NCBI GenBank assembly: GCA_032249235.1 | Contig: JAVVGF010000001.1 | Location: forward strand, 32,001-96,000 | Direction: 5' to 3' | Length of the DNA: 64,000 bases | Source: Thermoproteota archaeon | GTDB taxonomy: Archaea > Thermoproteota > Thermoprotei > Gearchaeales > Gearchaeaceae | Shown here: positions 1 through 8,504 of the stretch, one piece after another | Numbering within the stretch: the stretch's first letter is position 1 | How the letters are laid out: each line of letters begins with the position of its first letter | Notes under the pieces: generated by a model | Databases searched by the model: none | The model's input: the letters and a program-made list of their open reading frames with translations, nothing else | Told to the model about the DNA's origin: nothing | Program-made: the position numbers and the translations under genes

Positions 1-1
1 A

Positions 2-274
2 GCGACATTAAGAAAAAGGTATGCTAAGATATGGCAAACTTATAAGTCTCCTAAAGTTTGTCCTAAATGCGAAAAAGAGGGATCTGTATATAGAATTAAA
101 ATAGGTATTTGGGCATGCAAAAAATGCGGTACAAAATTCACAGGTGCTGCTTACAATATCTATAGCGAAATGGGTAGAATCGTGAAACTGAGAGCTGTTT
201 TGCCAGTTGAAGAATTAAAGAAAACCAATGAATTTGCTGATAACAACATCGAGAAGACCCTCGAAGAGAACTAG
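2..274 (+). CDS. rpl37ae: 50S ribosomal protein L37Ae (eL43), 5'-truncated by window edge
   Basis: Manual translation from base 2: ATLRKRY...CPKC...YRIKIGIWACKKCGTKFTGAAY, stop TAG at 272-274; C4 zinc ribbon; usual neighbour of Brix/Pcc1/PfdB. Confidence 0.93.
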   Translation, partial: ATLRKRYAKIWQTYKSPKVCPKCEKEGSVYRIKIGIWACKKCGTKFTGAAYNIYSEMGRIVKLRAVLPVEELKKTNEFADNNIEKTLEEN

Positions 275-746
275 GAGTTTCATCAAAGATCTTGCTTTAA
301 TTTTTGGAGGGGTAAAATTCAATAGAGGAAAATACAGTTTAGAAGAATTAATAGCAAGATTGGGAGATGAAGATAGACTTGTTGTAGTAGATACTAAAAA
401 GGGGAATCCTAGTAGAATGCGTATATATGGAAAACATGGTCTTTTAAAGACTTATTTAATAAGAAAGGTTAAACTACTTAGGGAATTTAAAGATATAGAT
501 TATAAAAAAATTAATAAGATATCAATATCAACAGATAACGAATTTTTAAAAAATTTTATAAATATTCTAAATATTAGAACAAATTCTAATAAAGATAGCT
601 TGAAAATTGAAATAAATGAAAGTAAAGATGAAAAATTTCAAGAATACAAAGAATTTGTCCTTAAGAAGAACTCATATATATTAGGTCCTATATTTTTAAT
701 CAAAGAAGCAAATGATAGAAGAAATAAAACTGGAAATCTTATATGA
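228..746 (+). CDS. Brix-domain ribosome biogenesis protein (Imp4-like)
   Basis: N-terminal ITTSRRPSKRTRSFIKDL, NRGK, KKGNPS and late LGP motifs; synteny. Confidence 0.9.
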   Translation: MNLLITTSRRPSKRTRSFIKDLALIFGGVKFNRGKYSLEELIARLGDEDRLVVVDTKKGNPSRMRIYGKHGLLKTYLIRKVKLLREFKDIDYKKINKISISTDNEFLKNFINILNIRTNSNKDSLKIEINESKDEKFQEYKEFVLKKNSYILGPIFLIKEANDRRNKTGNLI

Positions 747-966
747 GGCAAAAAATAGAAGAGAAGCAGAACTAATTTATAATTCTCTTTTACCTGAATT
801 TAAAAAAGGTTTTCCTGGATTATCTAGTTTTGAAATTTCTTTAAGCGAAAATAAGCTTTCTATCGTTTTAATAGGTAGAACAATTGCTAGAATTAGAGCG
901 ATATTCAATGCAATAATGAGATGGCTTATAAGTATAGAAAATCTTAATGATATAATAGGGGTGTAA
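712..966 (+). CDS. pcc1: KEOPS complex subunit Pcc1
   Basis: 84 aa; AELIYNSLLPE and RIRAIFNAIMRWL helix; lies between Brix and prefoldin. Confidence 0.85.
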   Translation: MIEEIKLEILYEAKNRREAELIYNSLLPEFKKGFPGLSSFEISLSENKLSIVLIGRTIARIRAIFNAIMRWLISIENLNDIIGV

Positions 967-969
967 AAA

Positions 970-1341
970 TTGAGTCAACAATTGCCTCCTGAAATTCAAA
1001 ATTTGGTATTGAAAGCGAGGCAACTAGAGGAACAACTTAGATTAGTTGTAACAAGAAGACAACAGATAAAATTAGAATTGCTGGAGATTGAAAGTGTAAA
1101 GGAAGAGTTGGAAAAGCTACCTGATGATAGCGTTGTTCATAAGCAAGTAGGTAATGTTTTGATTAAGAAAGATAAGAAAAGTGTTTATGAAGAAATTAAT
1201 GATAGAAAGGAAACCTTGCAGCTTCAAGATCTAGCACTTGAAAAACAAGAAGCAAATTTAAGAAAACAATTTGAAAGCACTTCAAGAGAATTAGAAAATG
1301 CTATAAGAAGATACCAAAGTGGAGAAGGAGTAATTTCGTAG
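970..1341 (+). CDS. pfdB: prefoldin beta subunit
   Basis: Coiled coil with central VHKQVGNVLIK hairpin; TTG start. Confidence 0.93.
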   Translation: MSQQLPPEIQNLVLKARQLEEQLRLVVTRRQQIKLELLEIESVKEELEKLPDDSVVHKQVGNVLIKKDKKSVYEEINDRKETLQLQDLALEKQEANLRKQFESTSRELENAIRRYQSGEGVIS

Positions 1342-1343
1342 CT

Positions 1344-1357
1344 ACAAATTTTTTTGT
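1344..1357 (+). terminator. oligo-T terminator candidate after pfdB
   Basis: ACAAATTTTTTTGT directly after the stop codon; archaeal intrinsic terminators are T-tracts. Confidence 0.35.
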
Positions 1358-1394
1358 TATATCTTAATAAATAAAGACCAATACTTTGTGTTTT

Positions 1395-2246
1395 ATGAGC
1401 TTAGTCGAATTCATAAATTTCAGTTTCAAGTATTCAAACTCAAACTTTTGGTCTCTTAAAAATATAAATCTAAAGATAGAAGAGGGTGAATTTGTTTTAA
1501 TTACAGGTCAAAGCGGTTGCGGTAAAACAACTTTATTGAGAAGTATAAACGGCTTAATACCTCATTATCATCAAGGAGATTATGAAGGTAAAGTTTTGCT
1601 TGACGGAAAAGAAGTTTCTAAGCATGAAGTATATGAATTAGCGAAGATAGCAGGCATAGTATTCCAAAATCCTGAAGATCAAATTTTCGCGATGACTGTG
1701 GAAAAAGAGATAGCTTTTGGCTTAGAAAACATGGGTTATGAAAGATCATACATGAGGAAAACTGTTGACGAAGTTATGGGATTGATGAGAATAGAGCATC
1801 TAAGATACAAACAGCCTTTCTTTTTAAGTGGTGGAGAACAACAAAAAGTTATTATTGCATCGATACTTGCTTTGAAACCTAAATTGCTTTTGTTAGATGA
1901 ACCCTTAAGTAGCCTAGATCCTATTTCTGCAAAATCTCTTGTTGAAGAACTTGCTAGACTAAATAAAGAATACAAAAAAACTATAATAATCGCTGAACAT
2001 AGGCTTGATCTTCTCTCGAAATATGCTAACAGGATAATAATTATGGAAAAAGGAGAGATTATTTTAGATAAAAGGATAGAAGATGTAATTTGCAAAATTG
2101 ATTTAGAATCGTTAGGAATTAATGAACCGTTGTTTGCTAAGTTTGTAAGAATTTTAGAAAACAAATATAAAATAAATTTAGGAAGATGTCTAAGCATTGA
2201 TGAATTAATTAGTAAATTTAATTATGAAAAAAATAATAGAATTTAA
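1395..2246 (+). CDS. ecfA: ECF transporter ATPase (EcfA)
   Basis: Walker A GQSGCGKT, VFQNPEDQ Q-loop, LSGGEQQ, LLLDEP; ATG at 1395 preferred. Confidence 0.92.
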   Translation: MSLVEFINFSFKYSNSNFWSLKNINLKIEEGEFVLITGQSGCGKTTLLRSINGLIPHYHQGDYEGKVLLDGKEVSKHEVYELAKIAGIVFQNPEDQIFAMTVEKEIAFGLENMGYERSYMRKTVDEVMGLMRIEHLRYKQPFFLSGGEQQKVIIASILALKPKLLLLDEPLSSLDPISAKSLVEELARLNKEYKKTIIIAEHRLDLLSKYANRIIIMEKGEIILDKRIEDVICKIDLESLGINEPLFAKFVRILENKYKINLGRCLSIDELISKFNYEKNNRI

Positions 2247-3051
2247 AAAAGTTAGTTATAGATATCAATTTGAAGAAAAATTTGCGATTGAAGATATAAA
2301 TCTTGAAATTTATGAAGGTGAAGTTCTTGCAATAATTGGTTCTAACGGAGCTGGCAAAACTACGCTCATTAAGCATATGAATGGTCTTTTAAAGCCAACA
2401 ATAGGTGATGTTTATGTAGAAGGTTTAAATACAAAGAATGTTACTGTTGCTGAATTATCAAGAAAAGTAGGTATCGTATTTCAAAATGCTGATTATCAAC
2501 TGTTTGCTCAAACGGTTTACGATGAAATAGCCTTTGCATTAAAGAATTTCGGCTTTGAAGAAGAAGAGATAAAAAAACGAGTTGATAACGTGCTTGAATA
2601 TTTTTCTTTAAAACAATATGTTGAAAATTCACCATTACTATTAAGTGGAGGTGAAAAAAAGAGGGTTGCTTTAGCTTCTGTCTTGGTTTATGATCCTAAA
2701 GTGCTTATTTTAGATGAGCCTACAATTGGATTAGACTTTGTACAAAAAAAGAATTTGAAAAACTTGATTAGCGATATGAAAAACAGGAATAAAACAATTA
2801 TCATTGTAACCCATGATCTAGATTTCGTTGCTGAAATTGCAGAAAGAGTAGTTGTGATGAAAAATGGAAGGATATTGCGCATTGATAGTTCTAGAGAAAT
2901 ATTTTATGATGAAGATTTGCTTACAAACGCTGATTTAATTACCCCTTCAATTGTTAGAATTACAAAGGGTTTAGGAATTAAAGACAAACTATTAAGCTTA
3001 GATGAAGTTTTAGAGAGGATAGATTTTGTAATAAGAAATGTTCAGGGCTGA
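2224..3051 (+). CDS. ecfA2: ECF transporter ATPase (EcfA')
   Basis: GSNGAGKT, VFQNADYQLF, LSGGEKKR, ILDEPT. Confidence 0.92.
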   Translation: MKKIIEFKKVSYRYQFEEKFAIEDINLEIYEGEVLAIIGSNGAGKTTLIKHMNGLLKPTIGDVYVEGLNTKNVTVAELSRKVGIVFQNADYQLFAQTVYDEIAFALKNFGFEEEEIKKRVDNVLEYFSLKQYVENSPLLLSGGEKKRVALASVLVYDPKVLILDEPTIGLDFVQKKNLKNLISDMKNRNKTIIIVTHDLDFVAEIAERVVVMKNGRILRIDSSREIFYDEDLLTNADLITPSIVRITKGLGIKDKLLSLDEVLERIDFVIRNVQG

Positions 3052-3748
3052 ATATTTCTTTTATAGAAGTAAGAATTCCTTCATCCATAAACTCGATCCT
3101 AGATCGAAATTAATCTATGTAATAATAATGTTTATATTGGCGTTGGCTAGAGGAGATTTGATATATTTGTTGATTGTTTTCATTATATCACTAATACCTA
3201 TATTTTTAGGTAAGATATTTCATAACTTCCTAGCATCGCTTAGAGCTTCAATATTTTTTATTTTACTTATTATATTCATTAATTATATATTTAGTTTTAA
3301 TATATATTTAGCAATCTCTTTGGCTCTTCGTTTTCTTATATTAATATCATCTTTTATAGTCTTTTCAATAACTACTTCGCCAGACGACTTAGCTTTAGCT
3401 CTTTATAGGATGCGTTTTCCTTATGATTTCGTTTTAACTTTTAATTTATCCGTTCGCTTTATACCAACAGTCTTTCGCGATGCTATTAATATAATCGATG
3501 CACAAAGATCTAGAGGTCTTGAAACACAGAAAGGATTTTTGAAGAGGATAAGAAACTATTTGCCAGTAATAATTCCTTTAATAGTTGTGGGAATAAGAAG
3601 AGCTATAAATGTAGCAGAATCAATGGAAGCAAGAGGTTTTGGCGCTACGAAAAAACCTACCACGTTATATGAACTTAAGTTTACATTAATAGATTATTTT
3701 TTCATCATCTCTTCTCTTCTTTTATTTTCTCTTATCTTTTTGATTTGA
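3038..3748 (+). CDS. ecfT: ECF transporter transmembrane subunit EcfT
   Basis: IHKLDPRSKL, AQRSRG and MEARGF conserved Arg motifs; hydrophobic. Confidence 0.92.
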   Translation: MFRAEYFFYRSKNSFIHKLDPRSKLIYVIIMFILALARGDLIYLLIVFIISLIPIFLGKIFHNFLASLRASIFFILLIIFINYIFSFNIYLAISLALRFLILISSFIVFSITTSPDDLALALYRMRFPYDFVLTFNLSVRFIPTVFRDAINIIDAQRSRGLETQKGFLKRIRNYLPVIIPLIVVGIRRAINVAESMEARGFGATKKPTTLYELKFTLIDYFFIISSLLLFSLIFLI

Positions 3749-3791
3749 GATGAGAATAATGTTAATATATAAATAATTCATAATAAAAAGG

Positions 3792-4841
3792 ATGAAACCG
3801 AATCAAAATGTAGCCATAATAGGCTATGGCGGTTATGTTCCTTTGAGAAGGATTAAAGCCAGTGAGATTGCAAGGATTTGGGGTAAAAGTGATCGTGCAC
3901 TTCCTATTGAAGAAAAATCTGTTGCATATATCGATGAAGATACTGCAACGATGGCCGTCGAAGCAAGTCTTAATGCATTAAAAAGGGCTAGAATAGATCC
4001 ATCAGAAATAGGTGCGGTATTTGTTGGTACGGAATCAAAAATTTATACAGTCAAGCCCACATCTACAGTTGTAGCTGAAGCTTTAGGGATAACTCCTGCT
4101 ACGTTAGCATCTGATTATGAGTTTGCATGTAAAGCAGGTACCGAAGCTATACAAACATCGATCGGCTTAGTCGCTTCAGGAATGGTGAAATATGCTTTAG
4201 CAATTGGCTCAGATATAGCTCGGGGAAGACCAGGTGATGAACTTGAATATACAGCTGGTGCGGGCGCTGCAGCTTTCATACTTGCTAGAAGTGGTATTCA
4301 TGATGAAATAGCTGTAATAGAAGGTAGTGTTTCTTATGTTACTGATACGCCAGATTTCTGGCGAAGAGAAGGACAAATATATCCAATGCATTATTACAGA
4401 TTTACAGGAGAACCAGCATATTTTAATCATATTAGGAATGCTGTTTTGAGATTGATGGATAATTTAGGATTAAAGCCATCAGATTTCAATCATGTTGTTT
4501 TTCATCAACCAAATGCAAAATTTCCTCAAGAAGTTGCTAGATCTTTAGGTTTCAAACCTGAACAATATAAGACAGGATTACTCGTTCCTTTGATAGGTAA
4601 TACATATGCGGCTGCATCATTATTAGGCTTAGCTGCAGCATTGGATGTTTCAAAACCTGGAGAAAGAATACTCGTAGCCTCTTTCGGTTCTGGAGCAGGA
4701 AGCGATGCTATTTCTTTAGTTGTTAAAGATGGGATAGAGAAAGTTAGAGACTTAGCACCTAAAATAATGGACTACATTTCAAAAAGAATCTATGTTGACT
4801 ATGCATTATATGCGAAATATAGGAATAAATTCAATGAGTGA
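3792..4841 (+). CDS. HMG-CoA synthase (archaeal)
   Basis: DEDTATMA, EFACKAGT catalytic Cys, FHQPN, GNTYAA, SFGSGAGSD; first gene of the HMGCS-thiolase-DUF35 cluster. Confidence 0.95.
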   Translation: MKPNQNVAIIGYGGYVPLRRIKASEIARIWGKSDRALPIEEKSVAYIDEDTATMAVEASLNALKRARIDPSEIGAVFVGTESKIYTVKPTSTVVAEALGITPATLASDYEFACKAGTEAIQTSIGLVASGMVKYALAIGSDIARGRPGDELEYTAGAGAAAFILARSGIHDEIAVIEGSVSYVTDTPDFWRREGQIYPMHYYRFTGEPAYFNHIRNAVLRLMDNLGLKPSDFNHVVFHQPNAKFPQEVARSLGFKPEQYKTGLLVPLIGNTYAAASLLGLAAALDVSKPGERILVASFGSGAGSDAISLVVKDGIEKVRDLAPKIMDYISKRIYVDYALYAKYRNKFNE

Positions 4842-5992
4842 AAGTGAGCGAGGTTTATATAACCGGTATAGGCTATACACAAATTTCTGAGCATTGGAAT
4901 AAATCTATAAAACAACTGGCCTTAGAAGCTAGTATCAATGCAATAAAAGATTCAAATTATTTGAAGCCTGATGTTATTATAGTATCATGTTCTCTTTCAA
5001 GTTTTTTGCAACAACAAGAATCACTAAGCAATTTATTAAGAGACTACCTAGGTTTTACGAAATTACCTAATATAAGAATCGAAGCAGGCGAATGCTCAGG
5101 GGCTGCAGCTTTAGAAATCGCATCTAGTATGATAGAAAGCGGAAGATACAAAAACATATTAGTCATAGGTGTAGAAAAACCATCAGATAGATTGCCTCAA
5201 GAATATAATGCGGCATTATCTTCTCTGCAAGATCGAGATTATTATTATTATAATGGAATAACGCATGCTTCATTATTTGCATTAATTTATAAAATGTACA
5301 TGAAAAAATACGGTTTGAAACAAGAAGATATTGCTTCTTTTGCTGTTCATGATCATAAAATGGCCTTGAATGTCGATTACGCACAATATAGATTTTCTTT
5401 AAGCATTGATAGGATTTTATCTTCTCCCATCGTTGCCGAACCTATAAGATTGTTTGAAATATTTCCTACTTCTGATGGTGCAGCTGCAGTTATGATATCC
5501 TCAAAAGATCAAGTTGAAAATAAAGATTATGCTATAAAGCTTGATGCTATAACTTCAGCAAGTGACATAAATTTTGTATACAGGAATGATTTTCTAACTT
5601 TCTACTCGCTTCAATATGCTTTTGAAGAATTAAGGAAAAAGTCAAAAATAGCTAAAAGCGACATAAATTTCTTAGAAATTCATGATTCCTATACTATTGC
5701 TGCTCCTCTTATTATTGAAAATTTAGGCTTTGCAGATAAAAATGAAGCATGTCGAATGTTAAAAGAAGGAGAATTCGAAAAAGACGGAAGTCTACCTTTA
5801 AATCCTAGCGGAGGCCTTAAGGCTAGAGGGCATCCTATAGGAGCTACACCTTTATATCAAGTATGCGAAGCTGTTCTTCAATTAAGGGGTAAGGCATCGA
5901 ATCAGGTTAAGAATGCAGAGGTTGGCTTAGTTCAATCAATGAATAACGTAGCTGATCAATCTTATTTAATTTTATTGAGGAGATATAAATGA
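4838..5992 (+). CDS. acetoacetyl-CoA thiolase family protein (SCP-x-like)
   Basis: GVEK, SDGAAA, EIHD, NPSGGLKARGHPIGAT; position in the mevalonate cluster. Confidence 0.88.
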   Translation: MKVSEVYITGIGYTQISEHWNKSIKQLALEASINAIKDSNYLKPDVIIVSCSLSSFLQQQESLSNLLRDYLGFTKLPNIRIEAGECSGAAALEIASSMIESGRYKNILVIGVEKPSDRLPQEYNAALSSLQDRDYYYYNGITHASLFALIYKMYMKKYGLKQEDIASFAVHDHKMALNVDYAQYRFSLSIDRILSSPIVAEPIRLFEIFPTSDGAAAVMISSKDQVENKDYAIKLDAITSASDINFVYRNDFLTFYSLQYAFEELRKKSKIAKSDINFLEIHDSYTIAAPLIIENLGFADKNEACRMLKEGEFEKDGSLPLNPSGGLKARGHPIGATPLYQVCEAVLQLRGKASNQVKNAEVGLVQSMNNVADQSYLILLRRYK

Positions 5993-6381
5993 GCGCTCCT
6001 TCATACTGGAGGGAAAAAGTATATAGATATAGGCTTATCGCTACATATTGCGAGAACTGCAACAAGAAGTTTTATCCTCCAAGACCTATTTGTTTATATT
6101 GCAATAATCAAAATCTTAAAGAAGTAAAATTACCTAACACGGGCACTCTTCTCGAATATACACAAGTTTTTCAAACATTTCCTGAATTCTCAAAGCTTGC
6201 ACCTTATTATCTTGGCTTAATAAAATTGGATGATGGAACAATTATAGTTGCTCAATTGACAGACGTTGAACGTTCAGAACTTAAAGAAGGAATAAGAGTT
6301 GAAGCTGTTTTTAGGAAGATGTATGAAGATGGCGAAGCAGGATTAATTTATTATGGCATAAAATTTAGACCTTTAGCTTGA
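5989..6381 (+). CDS. DUF35 Zn-ribbon/OB-fold scaffold protein
   Basis: CENC..YPPRPICLYC plus OB fold ending YGIKFRP; follows the thiolase. Confidence 0.93.
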   Translation: MSAPSYWREKVYRYRLIATYCENCNKKFYPPRPICLYCNNQNLKEVKLPNTGTLLEYTQVFQTFPEFSKLAPYYLGLIKLDDGTIIVAQLTDVERSELKEGIRVEAVFRKMYEDGEAGLIYYGIKFRPLA

Positions 6382-7287
6382 GAGGTATAAAGGTTTAATA
6401 AAATCATTGTGATCTTGAATAACAATTCTATATTCTCCTTCTTTTCCTTTTTCTAAATTTCCTCTAACTAAAGCTATTTCTCCTTTTTTAAGCATCTCGC
6501 AGTATCTAAGTTTAAAGGAAACTATCGTGTATTCTTCGCTGTTTTTACTTCTAGCTGAATAAACAGATGGGAAGAAGAAACTTTTTGAATCGTTAATTAT
6601 TTCAATTTCAATTTCTTTTTTACCGAGAATTCTACTAGGTTCCAAATTTTTTCTCAAAATAAATTTTAAAGAATATATTCTGTCTTTAAACCTTCCTTCG
6701 ATTATTTTTCTTCTTTCTAATAGTTCAAATAAAGGAAATTCTATTATATTTGTTAACTCTCGTTCTTGGTATAGCTTAATCAAATCTTCTCTACTAAGAG
6801 GCATTAATATACCTCTTTCTCTGAGATTTTTTAAAGCTTTATAAACAATTTCAGGGTTTTTTCCATAGTATGCAATATCCATGTCTGAATCCTCTTTATG
6901 TAAACCAACAAGTATAGAACCTCCTATTCCAAAATTTCCCAATTCTTCTTTAGCTTCACTTGCGATTAGTTCGACAAATTCTTTAACTACTTTTTCAACA
7001 TCATCATTAGGTTCCTTGAAGATTCTTTTTAATTTTGCAATAGGATTATAATATACTTTAATCTGGCTTTTTTCGAGAATAATTGCTTCCCTTTTCAAAT
7101 ATTTTGACTTTTTTGTAATATTATAATCAACTTTTTTAATAAATTCTTCTATATTTTTTATTTTATGATATTTTTCATTTTCTTTTATATATTTTGGTAA
7201 AACAAATAATTCATCATATTTTGGATTATAGTAGATTACATAATATATATTATCATATTTATCTTTTATAGCTGCTAATTCTAGCAT
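6373..7287 (-). CDS. Pol-beta superfamily nucleotidyltransferase (COG1665-like)
   Basis: GIGGSILVGL...SDMDI motif; C-terminal OB-like ALVRGNLE segment. Confidence 0.75.
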   Translation of the reverse strand: MLELAAIKDKYDNIYYVIYYNPKYDELFVLPKYIKENEKYHKIKNIEEFIKKVDYNITKKSKYLKREAIILEKSQIKVYYNPIAKLKRIFKEPNDDVEKVVKEFVELIASEAKEELGNFGIGGSILVGLHKEDSDMDIAYYGKNPEIVYKALKNLRERGILMPLSREDLIKLYQERELTNIIEFPLFELLERRKIIEGRFKDRIYSLKFILRKNLEPSRILGKKEIEIEIINDSKSFFFPSVYSARSKNSEEYTIVSFKLRYCEMLKKGEIALVRGNLEKGKEGEYRIVIQDHNDFIKPLYLSS

Positions 7288-8366
7288 TATTTTTTAAAGA
7301 AAGGAGGTTCTTGAATTCTTGCATCATAGAATTTATCTCTAATCTTAATCTGTATTGTTCCTCCAAGATAAAAATAATTTGCTTTAATGTAACCCATCGC
7401 TATTCCTTTTCCTTGACTAGGTGAATAACCTCCGCTAGTTATTTTACCTATCATTTTTTTACCTGCATATACTTCGGAGCCTTTTCTAGGTAGAGGTCCC
7501 TTATCTTTCATGATAAAACAAGCCCTAATTACATCTACTCCTTCTTCAATAATCTCTTCTATTGCTTTTTTACCAATATATTCACCTTTATTCAATGAAA
7601 AAATCCAATATCTTGCTCTTATTGGATCTATTTCCTCATTTATTTCATTACCATAAAGCAAAAAACCTGCTTCTAATCTTAATATATCTCTACTAACGAT
7701 ACCGCATGGTTTGATTCCATTATTTACAAAGTTTAACCATAATTTCTTACCCTCTTCAATACCTGTTATTATTTCAAAGCCGTTTTCTCCAGTCCATCCA
7801 CTTTTGCTTATTAATAGAGTCTTAACGCCCATTATTTCGTAATCTTTAAGAAAGCTTTCTCGCTCGAGATTTAAGGGTAGGAATTCTAATTTCTCTATTT
7901 TTCTGCCTTGAATTGCAAGCATTGCAGTTTTTAAAGTTATATCCTCAACTTCAACATTGCAATTTAAAAGTTTCGACTTTTCTTTAATCCAGTTCAATAC
8001 TTTTATCCTATTAATTGCATTGCATACTATTATAAATTCCTCTTCTTCGAGCATGAATAAGGATAAGTCATCTATAAATCCTCCTTTTTCATTAAGCATG
8101 GCTGCCGGAATGATTATTTTACCTGGTTTTAGCTTCAAAACATTTTTAGTTATGAGATAATCAAGTAAATGCTTTGAATCTTTTCCTTTAACTATTATTC
8201 TTCCCATATGAGAAACATCAAATACTCCCATCTCATTTCTAACAGCGAGACTTTCTTCTATTGAATTTGTAAAGCTCAATGCTACTTCCCATCCTGCAAA
8301 CTCTCCAATTTCTGCTTTTTTACTAACATGTATTTCTTTAAGAGGCGAAGGAATTAAGTTTTCCAT
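7287..8366 (-). CDS. gcvT: glycine cleavage system T protein
   Basis: FAGW, FDVSHMG, GWTGENGFE, LRLEAG, GKITSG. Confidence 0.95.
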   Translation of the reverse strand: MENLIPSPLKEIHVSKKAEIGEFAGWEVALSFTNSIEESLAVRNEMGVFDVSHMGRIIVKGKDSKHLLDYLITKNVLKLKPGKIIIPAAMLNEKGGFIDDLSLFMLEEEEFIIVCNAINRIKVLNWIKEKSKLLNCNVEVEDITLKTAMLAIQGRKIEKLEFLPLNLERESFLKDYEIMGVKTLLISKSGWTGENGFEIITGIEEGKKLWLNFVNNGIKPCGIVSRDILRLEAGFLLYGNEINEEIDPIRARYWIFSLNKGEYIGKKAIEEIIEEGVDVIRACFIMKDKGPLPRKGSEVYAGKKMIGKITSGGYSPSQGKGIAMGYIKANYFYLGGTIQIKIRDKFYDARIQEPPFFKK

Positions 8367-8396
8367 TATGAAAAGAAGGATTTTGTTCGATTTAAC

Positions 8397-8404
8397 TTTA
8401 TTAA
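8397..8404 (+). promoter_or_regulatory. TATA box candidate for tRNA-Gln
   Basis: TTTATTAA ending 26 nt upstream of the tRNA 5' end. Confidence 0.45.
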
Positions 8405-8430
8405 CCTTTTTTTAATTACTAAAAAATAGT

Positions 8431-8504
8431 AGCGCCGTGGTGTAGCTGGTCAAGCATGTAGGGCTTTGGACCCTGAGACCCAGGTTCGAATCCTGGCGGC
8501 GCTA
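8431..8504 (+). tRNA. tRNA-Gln (anticodon TTG), intronless, CCA not encoded
   Basis: Acceptor AGCGCCG/CGGCGCT (A1-U72, typical of archaeal Gln); anticodon arm TAGGG-CTTTGGA-CCCTG; T arm CCAGG-TTCGAAT-CCTGG. Confidence 0.96.

Noticed and set aside
1736-2197. 153-aa minus-strand ORF and the many other 60-130 aa antisense or nested ORFs in the track
   Set aside because: They lie on top of well-supported genes, have antisense-shadow composition and carry no motifs
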